Shown here in pieces: positions 1 through 7,720 of a DNA stretch of 56,714 nucleotides (its first letter is position 1; the number at the start of each line of letters is the position of its first letter). A program made the position numbers and the translations under genes. The notes beneath the pieces are model-generated. The model was given only the letters and a program-made list of their open reading frames with translations. It was not told the origin of the DNA and did not search any database. Location: positions 1 to 56,714 of the forward strand of contig CAYMJA010000004.1 in the NCBI GenBank assembly GCA_964391095.1, written 5' to 3'. The stretch is from an uncultured Candidatus Saccharibacteria bacterium. GTDB taxonomy: Bacteria; Patescibacteriota; Minisyncoccia; Minisyncoccales; GWA2-38-27.

Positions 1-234
1 ATCTTCAAGTTTTGTAACTATCTTAATAAATCCATCAACGGAATTATATGTTTCATCAATTCTTGTTTTAATCTTAACTCGTTCTTCTTTGGCTTCTTTG
101 AAACCAACCAAAACATTGGTTCTATTTGCCCCCACATTTATTTTCGTCTTTTCAATACCTTCTTCAACTTTATTGAATCTCTCATCAATTTTACCAAATT
201 TCTTATCTAAATATTTTATTAATTCTTCATTCAT
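1..234 (-). CDS. hypothetical protein, N-terminal 78 codons only (gene runs off the left edge)
   Basis: Uninterrupted reverse frame from ATG at 234-232 to base 1 (MNEELIKYLDKKFGKIDERFNKVEEGIEKTK...), charged and coiled-coil-like. Not in the ORF track because no stop lies in the window. Promoter-like TTGACA-16-TAAAAT at 329-356. Confidence 0.45.
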   Translation of the reverse strand, partial: MNEELIKYLDKKFGKIDERFNKVEEGIEKTKINVGANRTNVLVGFKEAKEERVKIKTRIDETYNSVDGFIKIVTKLED

Positions 235-285
235 TTTTTGTAGATATTTTTTCTATCTTTATTTTAAGACTAAATGATTATACAT

Positions 286-330
286 TAGCGAAACAAGGTT
301 CTGAGATGCGAAGCATCTCATGGTTCTTAT
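286..330. repeat. GGTTCT-bracketed mini-element, copy 1
   Basis: TAGCGAAACAAGGTTCTG-AGATGCGAAGCATCTCAT-GGTTCTTAT. Core hairpin GAGATGC-GAA-GCATCTC. Confidence 0.6.
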
Positions 331-356
331 TTTAATCCCTCTGCAATCCTTGTCAA
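329..356 (-). promoter_or_regulatory. sigma70-like promoter TTGACA-16-TAAAAT
   Basis: Reverse-strand TTGACA (351-356) and TAAAAT (329-334), upstream of the partial gene at 1-234. Confidence 0.55.
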
Positions 357-362
357 ATTTTT

Positions 363-383
363 GTTCAAGGTCGGGTCTTGAAC
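363..383 (-). repeat. 3'-end hairpin element GTTCAAG-GTCGGGT-CTTGAAC
   Basis: 7-bp stem lying 4 nt downstream of the comEC stop. The same sequence recurs, partly duplicated, at 15900-15937 after folD. Confidence 0.6.
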
Positions 384-386
384 ATT

Positions 387-1925
387 TTAATAATTTAGGA
401 ATTTTAATTTTTCTCTTTTATTTAAATGCCAGACAATAAAGCCCAAAATTAAATATGAAATTATCAGCCAAAGCCAGTGGACGCTTTCAATGGTTTTCGC
501 GGCCCAGGATTGAGAAAAGAAATCTACTATTTTTATTAGATAGGTTAGTAAAAACCAGCAAGGAAAAGATAAAATCCAACCCAAGAACTGCCAAAACATC
601 CCGGCCAAGCCAAAAATAAATCCGAAAAGCATAATCCAATAAAGAAAGGGAAGAATTAAAATATTAGTTAAAGGAGCCACTAAAGAAATTCTTCCAAAAT
701 TATAAACTAAAATTGGCAAAGTAAAAATTTGAGCAGCTAAAGTCATTGCCAAAATGTTTTTGAAAGTGGTAAGTTTTTTAGGAATAAATTTTAACCAATC
801 ATTAAAAATAGGCGTCAAATAAATAATTCCCATCACTGCTAAAAAGGAAAGTTGAAAACCAACATCGTCTAATAAAAGCAAGGGATTTACTGCTAACATT
901 AAAGCCCCTGCCATTACTATTGTTTTGGAACTAATTGACTTTCTTCCAATTTTTTGGCCCAAAAGAAACAATCCTCCCATTATTCCGGCTCGAATTCCTG
1001 AGGGCTGAAGTCCAGTCATAATAATAAAAAGAGAAATAAGAATGATTGAAAGATAAAACGCCTGACCTCTCCAAAAGCCCAAACCGAGCAATAAAGACAT
1101 TAAAATAGTAGTCAAAATAGCAACATGCATTCCAGAAACAGCAGTAATGTGTCTAACGCCGGCAATATTTAATTTTTCTTTTAAATCTTCTGGTATTCTG
1201 CTTTTATCTCCCAAAATCATTGCTCCTAAAATTGAACTCTGGGGAGGAGAAAGATTTTGGTAAATACTTTTTCTTAATTTATTCTTAAAAAGTAGTACTT
1301 TAGCATATATTGCAGAAGTAGCATACATTGTAGAGGTCAAACCCCTACCTTTCTTTCTTTCTAATAGTTCAATTTTTGGCAAATAGATTAGAGAATAAAT
1401 CCCCTCTTTTTTTAAATAATCCTTATAATTAAAATCTTCAAAAACAGGAGGGATTTTTAATTTCCCTTTAATTTTTAATTTATCTCCATATTGATATTCA
1501 GGATAACGGTTAGTAGTTACTAAAACCTTCCCGTCAATAGGGCGAGGACGGGTCTCGTCCTGGATTTGGCTGACTTCTATGGTTAATTTTATACTTTTTT
1601 CCCTGATGTCCGGCTCTTTGACAACCGTTCCTATTAAAGTAACATCTTTCTCTAAGTCATTATATTGTCTGAATTCAGACCTTGTAAATTGTAATTCGGC
1701 TATCTGGTAGCGCCAAGCTCCTAAAATTAAAAAAATTAAACAGAAACCAATTACAACTAATTTTTTATATCTCCACAAAACAGAAATCAAGATTATTCCT
1801 AAAATTAACCCCGCACCTATAAATAGGTGCGGGGCAAGAAAACCCAGCTGGGCGATTACTGAATTCAGAAAAATTCCAGAAATAAAGGAAAGACAAAAAT
1901 AAAAAAATATCTTTGATTTTGTCAT
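387..1925 (-). CDS. comEC: ComEC/Rec2-family DNA internalisation channel (short form, no C-terminal beta-lactamase-like domain)
   Basis: 512-aa polytopic membrane ORF with competence-domain signature GVRHITAVSGMHVAIL. A soluble OB-like segment lies between the N-terminal TM helices. Confidence 0.8.
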   Translation of the reverse strand: MTKSKIFFYFCLSFISGIFLNSVIAQLGFLAPHLFIGAGLILGIILISVLWRYKKLVVIGFCLIFLILGAWRYQIAELQFTRSEFRQYNDLEKDVTLIGTVVKEPDIREKSIKLTIEVSQIQDETRPRPIDGKVLVTTNRYPEYQYGDKLKIKGKLKIPPVFEDFNYKDYLKKEGIYSLIYLPKIELLERKKGRGLTSTMYATSAIYAKVLLFKNKLRKSIYQNLSPPQSSILGAMILGDKSRIPEDLKEKLNIAGVRHITAVSGMHVAILTTILMSLLLGLGFWRGQAFYLSIILISLFIIMTGLQPSGIRAGIMGGLFLLGQKIGRKSISSKTIVMAGALMLAVNPLLLLDDVGFQLSFLAVMGIIYLTPIFNDWLKFIPKKLTTFKNILAMTLAAQIFTLPILVYNFGRISLVAPLTNILILPFLYWIMLFGFIFGLAGMFWQFLGWILSFPCWFLLTYLIKIVDFFSQSWAAKTIESVHWLWLIISYLILGFIVWHLNKREKLKFLNY

Positions 1926-1946
1926 CTGCTATTAGCCTCTGAGGCT

Positions 1947-2876
1947 CTAGAATCCAGTAGCAACCACCGTCACCTTTATTTCTCCTTTCTTTAATTTCTC
2001 GTTCTGAATTGCCCCAAAAATTATTTTCGCCGACGGAGAAACTTCCTGGGTAATAATTTTAGCTACCTCATCCACCTCGGAAAGACTAACATCTTCATCT
2101 CCCGAAACATTAAATAAAATCCCCTTGGCTCCCCTACAAGAAACATCAAGCAAAGGGGAACGAAGAGCTTTTTGAGCTGCTTCTCTGGCTCGCTCCTGGC
2201 CTTTTGCTTTTCCTATTCCAAACAAGGCAGAACCAGAATCTTTCATAATTGCCTTAACGTCAGCAAAATCAATATTAATTATTCCGGGGAGAACAATCAA
2301 ATCAGAAATTCCCTGGACAGCTTGTCTTAAAATTTCATCACAAATCCAAAAGGCATTTAAAACTGTGGTATTTGGTTCTAAAGTCGAGAGTAATCTATCA
2401 TTGGAAATAGCGATTAAAGCGTCAACGTTTTCTTTTAGTTTTCTTCGGCTATTTTCAGCAATTTCCATTCGCTGAATTCCTTCAAAAGAAAAAGGTTTGG
2501 TAACCACGGCAATTGTCAAGGCACCCAATCTCTTAGCAATCCTAGCCACAACCGGAGAAGCTCCAGAACCACAACCTCCTCCAAGTCCGCAGGTAATAAA
2601 AACCATATCTGTATCTTTCAAAGCTTGTTCAATTTCTTCTCTTTGCTCTTCCGCTGCCTTTCTTCCAATTTCAGGATTCATACCTGTCCCCAAGCCCTTG
2701 GTTAGTTCTCTTCCAATGCGAATCATTTGATGGGCCTTAGTTTTTTGAAGGTCTTGGATATCAGCATTTAGGGCAATCAATTTTACCCCTTTAATTTTAC
2801 ACTTCATCATCCGAGAAATAGCATTTGTTCCTGAGCCTCCAATTCCAACTACTTTAATTTTTGTATTTGAAGTCAT
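1947..2876 (-). CDS. ftsZ: cell division GTPase FtsZ (core only, no C-terminal linker or tail)
   Basis: GIGGSGTNA and tubulin signature GLGGGCGSGASPV. Ends at ...VVATGF-stop. Start overlaps the ftsA stop (ATGA). Confidence 0.95.
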   Translation of the reverse strand: MTSNTKIKVVGIGGSGTNAISRMMKCKIKGVKLIALNADIQDLQKTKAHQMIRIGRELTKGLGTGMNPEIGRKAAEEQREEIEQALKDTDMVFITCGLGGGCGSGASPVVARIAKRLGALTIAVVTKPFSFEGIQRMEIAENSRRKLKENVDALIAISNDRLLSTLEPNTTVLNAFWICDEILRQAVQGISDLIVLPGIINIDFADVKAIMKDSGSALFGIGKAKGQERAREAAQKALRSPLLDVSCRGAKGILFNVSGDEDVSLSEVDEVAKIITQEVSPSAKIIFGAIQNEKLKKGEIKVTVVATGF

Positions 2877-4129
2877 GGTTTAAAACTTCTTAATATTCTT
2901 TTAAACATATCTTTAATTCTTGCTCCAAACCCTGAGAACTCCTCTTCTTCTTCTAAATCATTCCCTTTTAAAATTAAACCATAAAGGGTAGAAAAACTAG
3001 GGTCTTTTTGAAAGGTAGGAGCTCCTCTGGGGGTTCCAATTCGACAAGGTAATTTTAAATCTTTCTTTGCCAAATCAATAATTCCGGGCATCTTTGCTCC
3101 CCCTCCAGTTAAAATTATTCCTGCTGGAAGCAATCCTTGGCGAGAAATTTTTTTCAACTCTTTATTTGTCAAGTCAAAAATTTCAGAAATCCTGGCTTCA
3201 ATAATTTCAGTTAATCTTTTTAGAGAAAAAATAAGCGGCTCTTCCTCAATCCCGGACTCAACATCTCCAGGGAGAGATTCAATTTTTATTTTTCTCTCAG
3301 TCCTTTTAGGCTTTTTGGAGGACCGAGAAAAAACTTTACAGCTGCCGAACTCTAATTTTACCCTCTCCGCGGTATCAATATCTGTTTTAAGACAAATAGC
3401 GATATCGCTGGTGATATGACCCGAGCCAACTGGAAAAATAGCAGAGTGAATTAAATTTCCTTCTTCAAATACAGCCATCCCGGTGGTCCCTGCTCCAATA
3501 TCTAAAACACAAACTCCCAATTCTCTCTCTCGAGGAGTCATTACTGCTCGAGCACTAGCTAAAGGGGTGGGAATTAAAGCATTAATCCGAAAACCAGAAT
3601 TCGAAATAGCCTGGCTAGAGTTTTTTACATAAGGAGAAAAGCCACAAAGAACTAATACGGCTGCCTCTAACCTCACTCCCTGCATTCCTACGGCTTCTTT
3701 GACACCCTCTTGGTTATCAACAATAAATTCTTTAGGGAAAACACTAATAATCTCTTTATTTGAAGGTAAAGAAAAGGTTTGAGCAGCTTGTAGAACTCTG
3801 TCAATGTCCTCCTCTGAAATTCTTTGATCGGCTCGAGAAACAGAGATTAATCCCTGGGAAGAAATACAAAATATATGACTTCCTCCAAGACTTGCATAAA
3901 CATCATTGATTTTCTTGCCGCAGTCCTGCTGAACTTCCATTTTCAAGGAAGAAATAACTTCTGCTATCTTAGCAACATCAACTACCACGCCTTTTCTTAT
4001 CCCAAAAGAAGTTTTTTGGGCTTGTCCTAAAACTTCAAAATCTGACTTGCCAGTTTTTTTAAAAACAGAAAGAATTTTTATTGAGCCCGAACCAATGTCC
4101 AAAGCAGTAACGATATGAGAATTAGCCAT
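2873..4129 (-). CDS. ftsA: cell division protein FtsA
   Basis: Actin-fold motifs ALDIGSGSIKIL and LDIGAGTTGMAVF, plus a C-terminal amphipathic helix. Lies directly upstream of ftsZ. Confidence 0.9.
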   Translation of the reverse strand: MANSHIVTALDIGSGSIKILSVFKKTGKSDFEVLGQAQKTSFGIRKGVVVDVAKIAEVISSLKMEVQQDCGKKINDVYASLGGSHIFCISSQGLISVSRADQRISEEDIDRVLQAAQTFSLPSNKEIISVFPKEFIVDNQEGVKEAVGMQGVRLEAAVLVLCGFSPYVKNSSQAISNSGFRINALIPTPLASARAVMTPRERELGVCVLDIGAGTTGMAVFEEGNLIHSAIFPVGSGHITSDIAICLKTDIDTAERVKLEFGSCKVFSRSSKKPKRTERKIKIESLPGDVESGIEEEPLIFSLKRLTEIIEARISEIFDLTNKELKKISRQGLLPAGIILTGGGAKMPGIIDLAKKDLKLPCRIGTPRGAPTFQKDPSFSTLYGLILKGNDLEEEEEFSGFGARIKDMFKRILRSFKP

Positions 4130-4132
4130 AAT

Positions 4133-4567
4133 TTAAACTTGCGATAAATAATACTCTTCCCTTTCCGCCATTTTTTTTGCCTCTATTTCTGATTTCTCAT
4201 GGTCATATCCCAAAAGGTGTAAAATCCCATGGATTAAAACCCGACCTAATTCTCTTTCAAATCTTGAATTATATTTTTTAGCATTTTTCTTAACTTCTCT
4301 GAGACAAATAACCACTTCCCCCAATCCTTCTTTTACCCCTAGAGGTTTTATAAATTTAGTTTTTAGTTTTTGGCTAAAAGCCAATACATCTGTCACCCTA
4401 TTCTTGCCCCGATATTGTTTATTCAGTTTTCTCATCTTTCCTTGTCCAATAAAAACAATAGATAGCCCTATCTCTTCTTTATTCTCGCTTTTTAAAACAA
4501 TTTGCGCAACCCTCTTTAAAAATTCCTCATCAATAGAACTAGTGGTTAAATTATTAACTTCAATCAT
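4133..4567 (-). CDS. ybeY: rRNA maturation endoribonuclease YbeY
   Basis: Zinc motif HGILHLLGYDH; size typical of the family. Confidence 0.9.
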   Translation of the reverse strand: MIEVNNLTTSSIDEEFLKRVAQIVLKSENKEEIGLSIVFIGQGKMRKLNKQYRGKNRVTDVLAFSQKLKTKFIKPLGVKEGLGEVVICLREVKKNAKKYNSRFERELGRVLIHGILHLLGYDHEKSEIEAKKMAEREEYYLSQV

Positions 4568-5067
4568 TGGGATAATAGTTCTTTTACAATGTTTGAAACT
4601 AAGCTCCCCTCCATTCTTCCTTTAACTCTTGGCATTATCTCGCTCATTACCTTTCCCATATTTTTTATTTCTTTTGCCCCGGTTTTTTTAATGACTTCTT
4701 TGACTAATTCTCTAAGTTCTTCTTCTGAAAGCTGTTCTGGCAAATATTTTTCTAAAATCTCAATCTCTGCTTTTTCTTTTTTAACCAGGTCTTCCCTTTT
4801 CCCTTTTTCAAATTCTAAAATCGCCTCTTTCCTTTTTTTAATCTCGGAAACAATAACTTCAATTATCTCCTCCTCTATCAACTCAGATTTTTCAACAAGT
4901 TCTTTTTCTGTTAACTCCGGCTTTTCCTTAACAATTTTATATCTCTTTTCTTTCTCCTTATTTAAAATAACGGCTAAAAGCACTCGTAAAGTAGAGCAAG
5001 TAAGTTCGTCTCTTCTTTTAATGGCTTGATTAAGGTTAATCTGAATTTTTTGTTTTAAGTTCCCCAT
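4564..5067 (-). CDS. GatB/YqeY domain-containing protein
   Basis: 167-aa Lys/Glu-rich protein. N-terminal LNQAIKRRDE...LRVLLAVI and C-terminal GKVMSEIMPRVKGRMEG are typical of YqeY. Confidence 0.75.
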   Translation of the reverse strand: MGNLKQKIQINLNQAIKRRDELTCSTLRVLLAVILNKEKEKRYKIVKEKPELTEKELVEKSELIEEEIIEVIVSEIKKRKEAILEFEKGKREDLVKKEKAEIEILEKYLPEQLSEEELRELVKEVIKKTGAKEIKNMGKVMSEIMPRVKGRMEGSLVSNIVKELLSQ

Positions 5068-5075
5068 TAGTTTTA

Positions 5076-5291
5076 TTACCTTTTTCTCATTTTCTCTAAC
5101 TTCTCATACTCTTTTTTTAACTCTTCTTTTCTCAAGGCTGCTCTTTTTTTCATTTGGCTGCTTTTCGGTCTTCTTTTATAACGAATTTTTCTTGCCTGAA
5201 GCAAAATCCCGCTTTGTTTTATTCTCTTTGAAAAGCGACGGATTAAACTTTGTGATGTTTCTTTTCCTTCTCTTTTTATTTCTAAAGCCAT
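5076..5291 (-). CDS. rpsU: 30S ribosomal protein S21
   Basis: 71-aa highly basic ORF with an S21-like core (LIRRFSKRIKQSGILLQARKIRYKRRPKS). Confidence 0.8.
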   Translation of the reverse strand: MALEIKREGKETSQSLIRRFSKRIKQSGILLQARKIRYKRRPKSSQMKKRAALRKEELKKEYEKLEKMRKR

Positions 5292-5295
5292 AAGT

Positions 5296-5358
5296 CAGCG
5301 AATAGTGAACAGTGAACAGTATCTAATTTATTTTGTTCATTGTTCATTGTTCATTGTT
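5296..5358 (-). repeat. leader hairpin element, GTTCATT-heptamer family, copy 1
   Basis: (GTGAACA)x2 ... (GTTCATT)x3. Fills the HIT-rpsU spacer and ends 5 nt before the rpsU ATG. Confidence 0.85.
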
Positions 5359-5691
5359 TTAGGGTAGTTTTATTAGTTTTCCACTTAATAAGTGTAAATG
5401 CAAGTGGCCGATTATTTGACCACCTCCTCTGCCAACGTTGATTACTAATCTATAACCTTGTAAATTTTTCTCTCTGGCTATTTTCTGAGCAGTCAAAATT
5501 AATTCTCCCATTAATGTTTTATCTCGAATTTTTAGGTGATCTACTGAGGGAATATGCTTTTTAGGAATAATCAAAAGATGAACAGGGGCTTTGGGATTAA
5601 TATCTTTAATGACAATAATTTTATCGTTCTCATAAACAATTTCCGAAGGCATTTTTTTATTTGCAATTTTGCAAAAAATACAATTTTCCAT
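5359..5691 (-). CDS. HIT-family nucleotide hydrolase/transferase
   Basis: N-terminal CIFCKI and histidine triad HLHLHLL. Confidence 0.9.
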   Translation of the reverse strand: MENCIFCKIANKKMPSEIVYENDKIIVIKDINPKAPVHLLIIPKKHIPSVDHLKIRDKTLMGELILTAQKIAREKNLQGYRLVINVGRGGGQIIGHLHLHLLSGKLIKLP

Positions 5692-5693
5692 TA

Positions 5694-6980
5694 TTATTTC
5701 TTAAGTTTCTTCTTCATCTTTTTTACTATCTCATCTAATTTTACTGTCTCTTGCTTTCCCGTCTTCATATCACGGATTATAATTTTTTCCTCCACTGTTT
5801 CTTGCTGTCCAAGAATTAAGGTATATTCTACTCCCATCCGGTCAGCCCGATTTAACTGAGCCTTTAAAGAACCTCTTCCCAAAGATTCAGTAATCCTTAA
5901 TTTTGCTTTTCTAAAATCTTCTATAAGTTTTAAGCTTCTTCTTTTTGCTAAAATACCTAATTGAGCTAAAAATATCTGAGGTTGGATAACTTCTGGAAAC
6001 TTTATATCCTGAACTTTCATTAAATTTATAATTCTTTCTATTCCAGCTGACCCACCGCAAGCCGGCGTATCTTTCCCTCTCAAAAGTTTAACCAATTTAT
6101 CATATCTTCCCCCTCCCAGTAAAGCGTCCTGAGCACCTTGGGTATTTTTAGACAATCCAGAGAAAATCTCAAAAACAGTTTTAGTATAGTAATCTAAACC
6201 CCTAACTAAGCGAGGATTAAGATTATAAGGTATTTCAATCTTATCTAAAAATTCCAAAACTTCCTTGAAATGCTTATGACATTCCTCGCAAAGATGATCG
6301 AGTGTCTGAGGCGCTTCAGCTACTACGGCTTGGCATTTTTCTTTTTTACAATCTAAAACCCTCAAAACATTTTCTTTCATTCTTCTTCTACAATCAGCGC
6401 ATAAAGAGGTTTCTCTTGATTTTAGATAATTTTTTAAAAGTTTTTTATAATAGGGCCGACATTGTTCGTCGCCAATACTGTTGATTTCTACGATTAAATC
6501 TTTTAATCTAAGTTCTTTTAAAATATTATAAAAAATTTGAATAATCTGAGCATCTATTACCGGACTTTTTTCCCCTAAAACTTCGAAGCCAAATTGCCAA
6601 AATTGGCGATATCTACCTGCCTGGGGACGCTCATAGCGGAAAAAAGGACCGAAATACCAAAGTTTCAAGGGTTGAGGGCGGGTATACATACCATTTTCAA
6701 TATAAGCCCTAACTACTGAAGCCGTTCCTTCTGGTCTTAGGCACAAAAAATCTCCTCCTTTGGTTCTAAAACTATACATTTCTTTTCTTACAATATCGGT
6801 AGCCAATCCGATTCCTCTTGAAAAAAGCTCTGTTTCTTCAAGAATCGGAGTATCAATTTTTCCGAATCTATAAAAATCGGCGATATTAGAAACTACATCA
6901 TAAATCCTCTGAAAGTATCTCTGGTCTTCCGGTAAAATATCGTGCATTCCGGTTGGAGATTGAAATTTGGGTCTTTTCAT
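5694..6980 (-). CDS. hisS: histidine--tRNA ligase
   Basis: Class II motifs: GMHDILP, LRPEGTASVVRA, FRYERPQAGRYRQF, GGGRYD. C-terminal anticodon-binding domain. Confidence 0.95.
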   Translation of the reverse strand: MKRPKFQSPTGMHDILPEDQRYFQRIYDVVSNIADFYRFGKIDTPILEETELFSRGIGLATDIVRKEMYSFRTKGGDFLCLRPEGTASVVRAYIENGMYTRPQPLKLWYFGPFFRYERPQAGRYRQFWQFGFEVLGEKSPVIDAQIIQIFYNILKELRLKDLIVEINSIGDEQCRPYYKKLLKNYLKSRETSLCADCRRRMKENVLRVLDCKKEKCQAVVAEAPQTLDHLCEECHKHFKEVLEFLDKIEIPYNLNPRLVRGLDYYTKTVFEIFSGLSKNTQGAQDALLGGGRYDKLVKLLRGKDTPACGGSAGIERIINLMKVQDIKFPEVIQPQIFLAQLGILAKRRSLKLIEDFRKAKLRITESLGRGSLKAQLNRADRMGVEYTLILGQQETVEEKIIIRDMKTGKQETVKLDEIVKKMKKKLKK

Positions 6981-7000
6981 AATCGCTTTTCTTAAAATTA

Positions 7001-7080
7001 AAAATCAAAATGACAAATCAAAATTTAAAATTTTTTATTTTTAATATGTAATTTTGATATTTGATATTTGATATTTGATA
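7001..7080 (-). repeat. intergenic hairpin element, GATATTT-heptamer family, copy 1
   Basis: Abuts the lepB stop and ends 20 nt before the hisS ATG. (GATATTT)x3.5. Confidence 0.85.
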
Positions 7081-7626
7081 TTAATAAACGGGGGCTTCAA
7101 ATTTTACAATATCAACAAAGGGCCAGGCTCTGATAAAAACCCGGCCAATAATTTCTTTCTCAGGCAAAAAGCCAAAACTCCTGGAATCAAAAGAAAAAGC
7201 TCGATTATCTCCTAAAACAAAATATTCATCCTCACCTAAGGTAATTAAAATATTTCCCGGCGTTTTTACAGAAGAAGGAAGATAATCTGATTCATCTAAA
7301 ACTTGGGGTTGATTGTTTTTATAAATTATTACCTTGCCTTCTTTAATCTCCACTATCTCCCCGGGAAGGCCAATAATTCTTTTAATAAAACGATAAGAAG
7401 GTTTTTGGGAATATCTAAAAATAATTACTTCTCCTCTTTGGGGTTCTTGAAAGCGGTAAGAAATTTCATCAACAATTAAATAATCGCCAGTTTCAAAATT
7501 AGGAGCCATTGACTGACCCTTAACAAAAAAAGGTTGAAACAGAAAATATCTAATGGGAATTACTATTGCTAAGGCAATAATAGTTATTTTAAAAATTTCC
7601 CAGATGAAAACAAAAAACTTTTTCAT
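7081..7626 (-). CDS. lepB: signal peptidase I
   Basis: N-terminal TM helix, Ser box GQSMAPN, Lys box FIKRIIGLPGE, GDNRAFSFDSR. Confidence 0.9.
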   Translation of the reverse strand: MKKFFVFIWEIFKITIIALAIVIPIRYFLFQPFFVKGQSMAPNFETGDYLIVDEISYRFQEPQRGEVIIFRYSQKPSYRFIKRIIGLPGEIVEIKEGKVIIYKNNQPQVLDESDYLPSSVKTPGNILITLGEDEYFVLGDNRAFSFDSRSFGFLPEKEIIGRVFIRAWPFVDIVKFEAPVY

Positions 7627-7632
7627 AGTATT

Positions 7633-7660
7633 ATTGTATCAAATCTTTTAATTTTTACAA
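7633..7660 (-). promoter_or_regulatory. promoter TTGTAA-16-TACAAT ending 6 nt before the lepB start
   Basis: Reverse-strand -35 at 7655-7660 and -10 at 7633-7638. No SD, so the transcript may be leaderless. Confidence 0.45.
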
Positions 7661-7720
7661 CCCCAAATTTAAAAAAGCTGAGACAAGTTTTAATAATATG
7701 GTACAATTAATTAAAATCTT

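Noticed and set aside
2497-2730. Antisense ORFs in the supplied track. Examples: 2497-2730, 4589-5029, 9825-10151, 14555-14905, 14883-15242, 16028-16378, 24539-24928, 32398-32766, 53148-53450, 54072-54467.
   Set aside because: Each lies entirely opposite a longer ORF that has clear family motifs. Their translations are low-complexity (Ser/Phe/Leu/Ile-rich), as expected for the reverse strand of AT-rich coding sequence. None has an SD or promoter.
7056-7080. Heptamer tandem tracts (GATATTT, GTTCATT, GGGATTT) as a CRISPR array or telomere-like repeats.
   Set aside because: The units are 7 nt with no spacers and only 2-4 copies, and there are no cas genes. That is not CRISPR architecture.
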